In this document: piece after piece, positions 42,149 to 50,755 of the stretch
Layout of the letters: every line of letters starts with the position of its first letter
How positions within the stretch are numbered: position 1 is the first letter of the stretch
Source: an uncultured Novosphingobium sp.
Lineage (GTDB): Bacteria; Pseudomonadota; Alphaproteobacteria; Sphingomonadales; Sphingomonadaceae
Direction of reading: 5' to 3'
DNA: 64,000 bases
Assembly: GCA_964413885.1 (NCBI GenBank)
Contig: CAYPTU010000001.1
Location: forward strand, 267,005-331,004
Notes under the pieces: model-generated
The model's input: only the letters and a program-made list of their open reading frames with translations
What the model was told of the DNA's origin: nothing
Database searches by the model: none
Position numbers and translations under genes: made by a program

Positions 42149-42218
42149 CCATTTCGATCAGCCCGATCGTTCCTTCCTGCTTGCCGCAAAACCTCGGCTG
42201 CCTTAGGGGCAGGGCGCT

Positions 42219-44864
42219 ATGACTTCGACGAACGACATCCGCCGCTCCTTCCTCGATTACTTCGGCTCGCACGGGCACGAGGTAGTGCAGTCGGCTCCGC
42301 TGGTTCCGTATAACGATCCGACCCTGATGTTCACCAACGCAGGGATGGTGCCGTTCAAGAACGTCTTCACCGGGCTGGAAACCCGCGCGACCCCGCGCGC
42401 CACCTCCAGCCAGAAGTGCGTGCGCGCCGGGGGCAAGCATAACGACCTGGATAACGTCGGCTATACCGCGCGCCACCACACCTTCTTCGAAATGCTGGGG
42501 AACTTCAGCTTCGGGGACTATTTCAAGGAACAGGCGATTACTCACGCCTGGACCCTGCTGACCAAGGAATGGGGCCTCAACAAGGACCGCCTGACCGCCA
42601 CCGTTTATCACACCGATGACGAGGCGTTCGAGCTGTGGAAGAAGATCGCCGGCCTGCCGGAAGAGCGGATCATCCGCATCCCGACCAAGGATAACTTCTG
42701 GGCGATGGGCTCTGACGGCCCCTGCGGTCCTTGCAGCGAAATCTTTTACGACCACGGCGATCACATCTTCGGCGACCCTCCGGGCAGCCCGGACGAGGAC
42801 GGTGACCGGTTCGTCGAAGTCTGGAACCTGGTGTTCATGCAATATGAGCAGGCCGCAGACGAGATCGTCAGCGAATTGCCCAAGCCGAGCATCGACACCG
42901 GCATGGGCCTGGAACGCATCGCCGCCGTGATGCAGGGCGTGACCGACAACTATGACACCGATACCTTCAAAGCGCTGATCGCGGCCTCGGAAGGCCTGAC
43001 CGGCGTCAAGGCCGAGGGCGCAAGCAAGGCCAGCCACCGCGTGATCGCCGATCACCTGCGCTCGACCAGCTTCCTGCTGGCCGATGGCGTGTTGCCCAGC
43101 AACGAAGGCCGCGGTTATGTGCTGCGCCGGATCATGCGCCGCGCCATGCGCCACGCGCACCTGCTGGGCGCCAAGGAGCCCCTGATGCACCGCCTGGTGT
43201 CGTCGCTGGTGCAGGAAATGGGCGCGGCCTATCCGGAACTCGGCCGGGCCCAGCCGCTGATCGAGGAAACCCTCCAGCGCGAGGAGGTGCAGTTCCGCCG
43301 CACCCTGGCCAACGGGCTCAAACTGCTCGACGAAGCCACCGCCTCGATGGGTGAGGGCGGAGAACTTCCGGGTGAAACCGCCTTCCGCCTCTATGACACC
43401 TACGGCTTCCCCTATGACCTCACCGAGGACGCGCTGCGCGCCCGCGGGATCGGGGTGGACCGCGCCGGTTTCGATGCCGCCATGGCCCAGCAGAAAGCCG
43501 CCGCCCGCGCCGCCTGGAAGGGCAGCGGGCAAGCTGCCGACGCCGAAGTATGGTTCGACATTGCCGAACGCGTCGGCGCAACCGAATTCACCGGCTATAC
43601 CGCCACCACGGGTGAGGCGCAGGTTGTCGCCCTGGTCAAGGATGGCAAGGAAGTGGACCGCGCCAAGGCTGGCGATGCCGTGACCGTGATCGTCAACCAG
43701 ACCCCGTTCTATGGCGAAAGCGGCGGCCAGACCGGCGATAGCGGCACGATTGCCGGGGCTGACGGCCTGACCATCGCGATCAGCGACACCGCCAAGCCGC
43801 TCGGACGGCTCCATGCCCACAACGGCTCGGTCCAGGCCGGGACGGTCAAGGTGGGCGATGTGGTCAAGCTTGATATCGACGTTGCCCGCCGCGATGCAAT
43901 CCGGGCCAACCACTCGGCCACGCACCTTGCCCACGCCGCGCTGCGCAACCGCCTGGGTGCGCACGTGACGCAGAAGGGCTCGCTGGTTGCGGCTGATCGC
44001 CTGCGGTTTGACTTCTCGCACCCGACCGCGCTGACGGCCGAAGACATCGCCGCGATCGAGGCGGAAGTGAACGCCGAAATTCGCGCCAACGAAGCGGTCG
44101 TGACCCGCCTGATGAGCCCGGACGATGCCATTGCCGCCGGCGCCATGGCGCTGTTCGGTGAAAAGTACGGTGAAGAGGTCCGCGTGCTCTCGATGGGCCG
44201 CACCACTGACAAGACCTATTCGGTCGAGCTGTGCGGCGGCACCCACGTGCGAGCTACTGGCGATATCGGCCTGTTCCGCATCGTCAGCGAAAGCGCGGTC
44301 AGCTCGGGCGTGCGCCGGATCGAAGCGATGACGGGCGAGGGCGCCTTCCGCTACCTTGCGGCCCGTGAAGACGCTCTCAAGGGCGCCGCAGCCGTGCTGC
44401 GCACCACGCCGGACGATGTCGAGGCCCGCGTTACCGCGCTGATGGATGAACGCCGCAAGCTGGAACGTGAGCTGGCGGAAGCTAAGAAGGCGCTCGCGCT
44501 GGGTGGCGGTTCAGCCGCAGCTGCCAGTGCTGATGAGGAAGTGGGCGGCGTCAAGTTCTCCGGCCAGGTGCTCGACGGGCTCGATCCCAAGGAACTGCGC
44601 GGCCTGCTCGACCAGGCCAAGGGGCGCCTTGGCTCGGGTGTTGCGGTGATCGTTGCCGTCAACGAAGGCAAGGCCAGCATCGCTGCGGCCGTGACCGAAG
44701 ACCTGATCGGCAAGGTCAGCGCCGTCGACCTCGTGCGCGCCGGCGTGGAAGCGCTGGGCGGCAAGGGCGGCGGTGGCCGACCCGACATGGCGCAGGGTGG
44801 TGGCCCGGATGGTGACAAGGCCGCCGATGCCATTGCTGCAGTCAAGGGCGTGCTGGCCGGCTAA
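42219..44864 (+). CDS. alaS: Alanine--tRNA ligase
   Basis: [56 protein letters not shown] and GKGGG. Confidence 0.98.
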   Translation: MTSTNDIRRSFLDYFGSHGHEVVQSAPLVPYNDPTLMFTNAGMVPFKNVFTGLETRATPRATSSQKCVRAGGKHNDLDNVGYTARHHTFFEMLGNFSFGDYFKEQAITHAWTLLTKEWGLNKDRLTATVYHTDDEAFELWKKIAGLPEERIIRIPTKDNFWAMGSDGPCGPCSEIFYDHGDHIFGDPPGSPDEDGDRFVEVWNLVFMQYEQAADEIVSELPKPSIDTGMGLERIAAVMQGVTDNYDTDTFKALIAASEGLTGVKAEGASKASHRVIADHLRSTSFLLADGVLPSNEGRGYVLRRIMRRAMRHAHLLGAKEPLMHRLVSSLVQEMGAAYPELGRAQPLIEETLQREEVQFRRTLANGLKLLDEATASMGEGGELPGETAFRLYDTYGFPYDLTEDALRARGIGVDRAGFDAAMAQQKAAARAAWKGSGQAADAEVWFDIAERVGATEFTGYTATTGEAQVVALVKDGKEVDRAKAGDAVTVIVNQTPFYGESGGQTGDSGTIAGADGLTIAISDTAKPLGRLHAHNGSVQAGTVKVGDVVKLDIDVARRDAIRANHSATHLAHAALRNRLGAHVTQKGSLVAADRLRFDFSHPTALTAEDIAAIEAEVNAEIRANEAVVTRLMSPDDAIAAGAMALFGEKYGEEVRVLSMGRTTDKTYSVELCGGTHVRATGDIGLFRIVSESAVSSGVRRIEAMTGEGAFRYLAAREDALKGAAAVLRTTPDDVEARVTALMDERRKLERELAEAKKALALGGGSAAAASADEEVGGVKFSGQVLDGLDPKELRGLLDQAKGRLGSGVAVIVAVNEGKASIAAAVTEDLIGKVSAVDLVRAGVEALGGKGGGGRPDMAQGGGPDGDKAADAIAAVKGVLAG

Positions 44865-45038
44865 TTATTGCCGCCGGCCGCTGGCGCCGCGGGTTTCCGG
44901 TTCAATGCCACGCGGCAGGTCCTTTTCGGGCATGGTCGCATCGGTCTGCTGCGGGCGCCTGATCTTGCTCGCGCTCTCCTTGGCCTGCTGGGCTAGTGGG
45001 TGACGCGTATCAGGCTCGGATGGGGGGACATCGTGCAT
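44865..45038 (-). CDS. Small hydrophilic protein (57 aa), below the ORF-track cutoff
   Basis: AGGAGAGCCACC-ATG start. MHDVPPSEPDTRHPLAQQAKESASKIRRPQQTDATMPEKDLPRGIEPETRGASGRRQ*. Fills the gap between alaS and the antiporter gene. Confidence 0.7.
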   Translation of the reverse strand: MHDVPPSEPDTRHPLAQQAKESASKIRRPQQTDATMPEKDLPRGIEPETRGASGRRQ

Positions 45039-45061
45039 GGTGGCTCTCCTCTCCGGGAGAG

Positions 45062-45086
45062 AACCGGTCAGACCGAGGGGCGTTCC
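45062..45086 (-). promoter_or_regulatory. EcfG (general stress response sigma)-type promoter
   Basis: Minus strand: GGAAC-N17-GTT (GGAAC GCCCCTCGGTCTGACCG GTT), directly upstream of the small ORF. Confidence 0.65.
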
Positions 45087-46846
45087 CGCAGCCCGGCGCT
45101 CTTGAGGCGCGGTTTCTCGTCGAGTTCACCCTCTTCCATGATCTGCGCGCGGAATTCGTCGCGCTTTTCGTGGATCGAGGCGATCACCGGGCCCATCGGC
45201 ACGCCAAGATCCACCAGCACCGCCTCTGAGAGCTGGAGAGAGCTTTCCAGCGTTTCGGGGACGGCATGGGTGGCCCCGGCGCGGTATAGCAGCGCGGCGT
45301 GGCCCACGTCGCGGGCGCGGGCGATAATCGGCAGATCGGGATGGGAGCCCCGCAGCTTGCGCACCAGCCGCTGCACCGCCACCGGTTCATCCATGGTCAG
45401 GATGATCGCGCTGGCGCGCTCCACGCCCAGGCGGTGCAGGGTGCTCTCCCAGGCGGCATCGCCAAAGACGGCCGCGTAACCGTCAATCTGTGCGCGAGTG
45501 ACCGTATCGGCATCGCCATCGATCCCGACATAGGGTTTGTCGTGCACCTTCAGCATATCGGCAACCAGCCGGCCAACCCGGCCCATGCCCACCACAATGG
45601 CGCGCGGTGCATCGTCTTCCGGCAAGTCAACGACCGGGCGCTGGCCTTCAACCCGCCGCCCCAGCCGCTTGCCCAGCCAGGCGAGACCGGGCGTGATTGT
45701 CAGGCCGATGGCGGTCACAGTCTGCCAGAACTGCGCTGCCTCGGCATTGATCAGCTGGACGGCGCTGGCTGTGCCGAGCACGATCAGGGTGGTTTCGGAC
45801 GGGCTCGACATCAGGATGCCGGTTTCGGTCGCCGTGCCGGACCGTGCGCCCATCGCCCGCAGCAATACGGCCGTGACTAGCGCCTTGATGATCAGCACGG
45901 CCACCACCCCGATCAGGATCGCGCTCCATTGCTGCAGCACCATGGCCAGGTCCAGGCTCATCCCCACGGTGATCAGGAAGACACCCAGCGCCAGCCCCTT
46001 GAAGGGCTCGGTAATCCGCTCAACCTCGGTATGGTATTCGGTCTCGGCAATCAGCAGGCCGGCGACCAGCGCGCCGAAGATCGGTGAGAGGCCCACTGCC
46101 GCCGTCGCCAGCGCTGCGCCGATGACCACCAGCAGGCTGGCGGCGAGGAACAGCTCCGGGCTCTTGGTCCGGGCAGCTTGGGCAAACAGATGGGGCAGGG
46201 CGACCCGGCCGATCGCCAGCAGGGCCAAGATCACCAGCGTCCCCTGCCAGAGCGTATCGAGCATCTGAGCGCCGTCTTGCGCCTCTCCGCCCCGGCCCAT
46301 CGCGCCGAGCAGGAAGATGATGGGGATCAGGGCGATATCTTCGAACAACAGCATCGCCAGCGCCGCGCGGCCCACGGGCGTGCGGGGGTCGGTTATGCGC
46401 AGCACCAGCGCGGTTGATGAGAGGGCGAGGGCAAGGCCCAGCGCCAGCGCTGTAGGCAGCGAATTGCCCAGCACCATCAGCAACGCCGCTACCAGCAGCG
46501 CGCTGATCACCAGTTCCAGCGCACCCAGCCCGAACACATGTCGTCGCATCGACCAAAGCCGCGCGAACGACAGTTCCAGCCCGATCGAGAACAGCAGCAG
46601 GATGATCCCCATCTCCGCGACCGGGGCCAGCGTCTTGGGATCGGCAATGGTGATGTGTTCCAGCCATGGCAGGCTTGGAACCAGCCGTCCCAGCCCGAAT
46701 GGCCCGATCAGCAGGCCAACCAGGATGAAGCCGATGATCGGCGTGATGCGGAAGCGCGCGAAGATCGGGATCACCGCCCCGGCTGCCCCCAAGATCACCA
46801 GGGCATCGCCTACTGCGGGGGAGGTGAGTTCAGTCGGTCCGGCCAT
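45068..46846 (-). CDS. KefC-type cation:proton antiporter with TrkA-N (KTN) domain
   Basis: AEMGIILLLFSIGLELS, ALSSTA, LLFEDIA, FKGLALGVFLITVGM, GMGRVG and FGDA. Confidence 0.92.
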   Translation of the reverse strand: MAGPTELTSPAVGDALVILGAAGAVIPIFARFRITPIIGFILVGLLIGPFGLGRLVPSLPWLEHITIADPKTLAPVAEMGIILLLFSIGLELSFARLWSMRRHVFGLGALELVISALLVAALLMVLGNSLPTALALGLALALSSTALVLRITDPRTPVGRAALAMLLFEDIALIPIIFLLGAMGRGGEAQDGAQMLDTLWQGTLVILALLAIGRVALPHLFAQAARTKSPELFLAASLLVVIGAALATAAVGLSPIFGALVAGLLIAETEYHTEVERITEPFKGLALGVFLITVGMSLDLAMVLQQWSAILIGVVAVLIIKALVTAVLLRAMGARSGTATETGILMSSPSETTLIVLGTASAVQLINAEAAQFWQTVTAIGLTITPGLAWLGKRLGRRVEGQRPVVDLPEDDAPRAIVVGMGRVGRLVADMLKVHDKPYVGIDGDADTVTRAQIDGYAAVFGDAAWESTLHRLGVERASAIILTMDEPVAVQRLVRKLRGSHPDLPIIARARDVGHAALLYRAGATHAVPETLESSLQLSEAVLVDLGVPMGPVIASIHEKRDEFRAQIMEEGELDEKPRLKSAGLRERPSV

Positions 46847-46877
46847 TAGCCGACCTTAGCGGCAGGAGCCGCGCAAA

Positions 46878-46911
46878 AGAAAGCCCCCTGACCTTGCGGG
46901 CAGGGGGCTTC
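46878..46911 (-). terminator. Intrinsic terminator after icd
   Basis: AAGCCCCCTG ... CAGGGGGCTT hairpin; the A-run on the left reads as a U-tract on the minus strand. Confidence 0.7.
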
Positions 46912-46935
46912 GTCTTGTTTCAAAAGGCGCTTGGC

Positions 46936-48159
46936 TTAGCCCCAGGACTTCATTTCCGTTTCGAGGTTCTCGACGATCGCCTCGAAGAAGCCTTCGGTGG
47001 TCAGCCAGGGCTGTTCCGGACCGATCAGGATCGCAAGGTCCTTGGTCATCTTGCCGCTTTCAACGGTGTCGATGCAGACGCGTTCCAGCGTCTCGGCGAA
47101 CTTCACCACCTCGGGCGTGCCATCGAACTTGCCGCGATAGATCAGGCCGCGGGTCCAGGCGAAGATGCTGGCGATCGGGTTGGTGCTGGTCGCCTTGCCC
47201 TGCTGGTGCTGGCGATAGTGGCGGGTCACGGTGCCGTGGGCAGCTTCGGCTTCGATGGTCTTGCCATCGGGGGTCATCAGCACCGAGGTCATCAGGCCGA
47301 GCGAGCCGAAGCCCTGGGCCACGGTGTCCGACTGCACGTCACCATCATAGTTCTTGCAGGCCCAAACGAACTTGCCCGACCACTTCAGCGCCGAAGCGAC
47401 CATGTCGTCGATCAGGCGGTGTTCGTAGACGATCCCGGCAGCCGCAAACTTTTCCTTGAAGCCTTCGGTGTCGAAGACTTCCTGGAACAGATCCTTGAAG
47501 CGGCCATCATAGGCCTTGAGGATCGTGTTCTTGGTCGAAAGGTAAACCGGCCAACCCAGGTTCAGGCCATAGTTGAAGCTGGCGCGGGCGAAGTCGCGGA
47601 TCGAATCGTCGAGGTTGTACATCGCCATGGCGACGCCCGAGCTGGGGAACTTGAACACTTCGAGGTCGATCGTCTTGCCATCGTCACCGTCGAAGACCAG
47701 GCGCAGGGTGCCCGGCCCCGGGATCAGGGTGTCGGTTGCCTTGTACTGGTCACCAAAGGCGTGACGGCCCACCACAATCGGATCGGTCCAGCCCGGAACC
47801 AGGCGCGGGACGTTCTGCATCACGATCGGCTCGCGGAACACCACGCCGCCCAGGATGTTGCGGATCGTGCCGTTGGGGCTCTTCCACATCTTCTTGAGCT
47901 TGAATTCCTCAACGCGGGCTTCGTCCGGCGTGATCGTGGCGCACTTCACGGCAACGCCATACTGCTTGGTGGCATTGGCGGCATCGACCGTGATCTGGTC
48001 GTTGGTTTCGTCACGCTTTTCGACCGAGAGGTCATAATACTTCAGGTCGATATCGAGGTAGGGCAGGATCAGCCGTTCACGGATCCACTGCCAGATGATG
48101 CGGGTCATCTCATCGCCGTCCATTTCGACGACGGGGTTGGTTACCTTGATCTTGGCCAT
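46936..48159 (-). CDS. icd: NADP-dependent isocitrate dehydrogenase
   Basis: [44 protein letters not shown] and [10 protein letters not shown]. Confidence 0.98.
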   Translation of the reverse strand: MAKIKVTNPVVEMDGDEMTRIIWQWIRERLILPYLDIDLKYYDLSVEKRDETNDQITVDAANATKQYGVAVKCATITPDEARVEEFKLKKMWKSPNGTIRNILGGVVFREPIVMQNVPRLVPGWTDPIVVGRHAFGDQYKATDTLIPGPGTLRLVFDGDDGKTIDLEVFKFPSSGVAMAMYNLDDSIRDFARASFNYGLNLGWPVYLSTKNTILKAYDGRFKDLFQEVFDTEGFKEKFAAAGIVYEHRLIDDMVASALKWSGKFVWACKNYDGDVQSDTVAQGFGSLGLMTSVLMTPDGKTIEAEAAHGTVTRHYRQHQQGKATSTNPIASIFAWTRGLIYRGKFDGTPEVVKFAETLERVCIDTVESGKMTKDLAILIGPEQPWLTTEGFFEAIVENLETEMKSWG

Positions 48160-48300
48160 CGCGCGTAATCTTTCACTGGGGAGTTAGCGGAATTTCACGC
48201 GCTCCCTTAGCAGAGGCGTCGCGCTGCGCAAGTAAGGGCTGGACCTTGCGGCTTGGTGCCTTTAATCGTCCGGTTAAACACCTGTGAGAGGATAAGACTC

Positions 48301-49068
48301 ATGAGCGAAGCCCCAGAAGTCCTTACCGAAGTCCGCGATGGCGTGCTGATCGTTACGATGAACCGGCCCGAAGCCAAGAACGCGATGAACAAGGCCCAGG
48401 CCGAAGGCATCAGCGCGGCGATGGATCGGCTCGAAGCAGAGAGCGATCTGCGCTGCGCCGTACTGACCGGTGCCGGCGGCACGTTCTGCTCGGGCATGGA
48501 TCTCAAAGGCTTTCTGCGGGGCGAGCGTCCGAGCATCGAAGGTCGCGGTTTTGGCGGACTGACCGAGTGGACTCCGTCGAAGCCGGTCATCGCCGCGATT
48601 GACGGCTTCGCCCTGGCCGGCGGGATGGAACTGGCGCTCTCGTGCGATCTGATCGTGGCCAGCGCGGGTTCGAAGTTCGGCATCCCCGAAGCCAAGCGCG
48701 GCCTTGCGGCTGCTGCTGGCGGCCTGATTAAGCTGCCCCGCCAGATCCCGCCGCGGATCGCGATGGAACTGGCCCTGACCGGCGATTTCATTGACGCAGC
48801 GCGCGCCTATGAACTGGGCTTTGTGAACCGCGTGGTCGAAGGCCCGTCGCTGCCCGCCGCGCTTGAGCTTGCCTCGCGCGTGGCCGAAAACGGTCCGCTG
48901 GCCCTGATCGCTTCCAAGGCGATCATCCGCGATTCGCACACCTGGAGCGATGCCGAAATGTGGCAGAAGCAGGCGAGCTACATTGCGCCGGTATTCACCA
49001 GTGCCGATGCGCGCGAAGGTGCCGCCGCCTTTGCCGAAAAGCGCAAGCCGAACTGGCAGGGCAAGTAA
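48301..49068 (+). CDS. Enoyl-CoA hydratase/crotonase family protein
   Basis: MNRPEAKNA, FCSGMDLK, ALAGGMELAL.CD, FGIPE and EGAAAFAEKR.P.W.GK. Confidence 0.93.
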   Translation: MSEAPEVLTEVRDGVLIVTMNRPEAKNAMNKAQAEGISAAMDRLEAESDLRCAVLTGAGGTFCSGMDLKGFLRGERPSIEGRGFGGLTEWTPSKPVIAAIDGFALAGGMELALSCDLIVASAGSKFGIPEAKRGLAAAAGGLIKLPRQIPPRIAMELALTGDFIDAARAYELGFVNRVVEGPSLPAALELASRVAENGPLALIASKAIIRDSHTWSDAEMWQKQASYIAPVFTSADAREGAAAFAEKRKPNWQGK

Positions 49069-49092
49069 GCCGTATCAAATGATTTGAATGAT

Positions 49093-49118
49093 AAAGGCCC
49101 CGGGGAACCGGGGCCTTT
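49093..49118. terminator. Bidirectional terminator-like hairpin (copy 1)
   Basis: AAAGGCCCCGG-GGAA-CCGGGGCCTTT followed by TT. Confidence 0.8.
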
Positions 49119-49311
49119 TTCTTGCTCAAAGGCGAGCCATGCCTTTATCTGGCAAGCAATAAGCGCCTCTTGATATTAACAGGCAAAAATACCTATCAAA
49201 ATTCAGTGAAGATAATTTCAGGCATTACGCTATTTTTATTCTCTGTTGTTTCAGGGTTTTGGAATTTTGCTGCTCAGCGGTTGTTCCCTGAAATTAACGA
49301 AGGAGATTAAA

Positions 49312-49644
49312 ATGCGTAAAGAAGTGATGATCGTAGCCCTTTCGGCGGCCCTGCTTGGCGGCTGCGCCTCGATCGAAGATGTGAAGCGCGCCCAGTCGAC
49401 GGCCGATCAGGCTGTCGCTCTCGCTCGCGAAGGCAAGGCCGCCGCCCAGCAGGCTCAGGGCACCGCTGATCAGGGCATTGCAGCCGCCCAGCGTGCGCAG
49501 GCCACTGCCGACCAGGGCGTTGCCGCCGCCAAGGCCGCCGATGACAAGGCCCAGGCTGCTGGCGACGCTGCTGCCAAGAACGAAAAGATCTTCTGGCAGC
49601 ACCACGAGACGCACCACCGTCATCAGCACCGCAAGGCCAAGTAA
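49312..49644 (+). CDS. Alanine-zipper outer-membrane lipoprotein (Lpp/OprI-like) with His-rich C-terminus
   Basis: AAGGAG RBS, lipobox LLGG-C, repeats AQ(S/G/A)TADQ(A/G), and tail WQHHETHHRHQHRKAK*. Confidence 0.8.
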   Translation: MRKEVMIVALSAALLGGCASIEDVKRAQSTADQAVALAREGKAAAQQAQGTADQGIAAAQRAQATADQGVAAAKAADDKAQAAGDAAAKNEKIFWQHHETHHRHQHRKAK

Positions 49645-49693
49645 GACTGCCGGGGCGGCCTTGTCTGCCGCCCGGTCATGACCTTGAAAACGC

Positions 49694-49719
49694 AAAGGCC
49701 CCGGGAATCCGGGGCCTTT
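49694..49719. terminator. Bidirectional terminator-like hairpin (copy 2)
   Basis: AAAGGCCCCGG-GAAT-CCGGGGCCTTT; the stem is identical to copy 1. Confidence 0.8.
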
Positions 49720-49750
49720 GTTGTTTATGCTGCGGCTGACGCCAAATCGG

Positions 49751-49960
49751 TCAGCGGCTGAACCAGGTTCGCACCACACCCTCGGCGGGCTTGTTGCGGA
49801 TGCTGTAAGCGATGTTGGGGAATGCGGTCTGCGGTGTGAGCGGATCCGTGACGAGATAGTCGTTGGCGAAGACCACCAGATTGTTGCGATTGAGGCTCTT
49901 GATATATTCGAGCTGCGCCTGAATGACGATCGCCTGAAGCGAAAAGTCGGTCTCGGTTCC
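49751..49960 (-). pseudogene. Orphan C-terminal gene fragment, family unknown
   Basis: ...ETDFSLQAIVIQAQLEYIKSLNRNNLVVFANDYLVTDPLTPQTAFPNIAYSIRNKPAEGVVRTWFSR* has strong GC3 bias. The upstream part of the frame loses this bias and has no credible start. Left boundary approximate. Confidence 0.5.
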
Positions 49961-50041
49961 CTGCCTCGCAAAGCAGCTTTCTGGCGACAACAGTTCCGAT
50001 AGCTTGACCCACCTTTGTCGATCATTCAGCAGAGTTACTGT

Positions 50042-50305
50042 ATGAAACGACACCTTCAACGCGCAGCTGCACTGGCTGCACTGTTTTCTTCTACGGCTTT
50101 GATCGCCGATCCGTCTCCAGAAGAAATCTTGGCAACGGCATCTCGATACACCGTTAAGGTTCAGACCCTCAATCATCTAGGGTTCAATCAGGATGAAGGC
50201 GGCTCGCTGGACGGTACGGGGTTTCTGATTGATCGCAAGCGTGGCTGGATATTGACCAACGCGCATGTGGCAACCCGATCTCCAAGCGAGATTACTGTTT
50301 CGTTT
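50042..50305 (+). pseudogene. N-terminal fragment of a secreted trypsin-like (S1C/HtrA-type) serine protease
   Basis: Signal peptide MKRHLQRAAALAALFSSTALIA, then GTGFLIDRKRGWILTNAHVA (catalytic His). Protease-like sequence stops at EITVSF; no Asp or GNSGG motif follows. Confidence 0.75.
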
Positions 50306-50416
50306 ATCCCTGTCATCCATTGCGAAAAAACCACGCGCAAAAATATGATCGCCAGTTTGAGACGCTCCCACGGCACCGCAATAAACGCAGTCCTTGTCCT
50401 TATATTTCTTACTCAT
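50305..50416 (-). pseudogene. N-terminal fragment of an HNH endonuclease-like gene
   Basis: MSKKYKDKDCVYCGAVGASQTGDHIFARGFF (CxxC...T.DH). No second CxxC-N follows; the frame runs into the antisense of the protease fragment. Confidence 0.65.
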
Positions 50417-50428
50417 ACGATGCCATGG

Positions 50429-50617
50429 CTATGCGTTCGGAGTGTCCCGACCGTCAGGCTCCTTGGCTACGCCTTTGAAAGGCTTGTCGCCGCTCTTTAC
50501 CTCCATCAAATGGCCAGTATGCTCGTCGCGCTTCTGCCAATGCCCGTCAGGACGCTGAAACTGCGTCCGACCCGATACCGCGCCGCGACGGAAGCCATCG
50601 CCTGTATTCTTCGCCAT
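50429..50617 (-). CDS. Small basic hypothetical protein (62 aa)
   Basis: MAKNTGDGFRRGAVSGRTQF...HWQKRD..TG..MEVKSGDKPFKGV. Lies 12 nt upstream of the HNH fragment on the same strand. Confidence 0.75.
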   Translation of the reverse strand: MAKNTGDGFRRGAVSGRTQFQRPDGHWQKRDEHTGHLMEVKSGDKPFKGVAKEPDGRDTPNA

Positions 50618-50755
50618 GCTGTGCCTATCCTTTCAAGAACAAGGTTAGAGAGACATGGTATCAGCATTTTGTTTTACAAGGATATGTTTGCGACGAGCGG
50701 TTGAGTATTCCACACCTGTGAAGATCCGACCCAAAGTGTCTGGTCCAAGACACTT

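Noticed and set aside
50015-50704. 229-aa ORF as one intact protein
   Set aside because: Chimeric. Only residues ~10-97 are protease-like; the rest is the antisense of the HNH fragment and the small basic gene.
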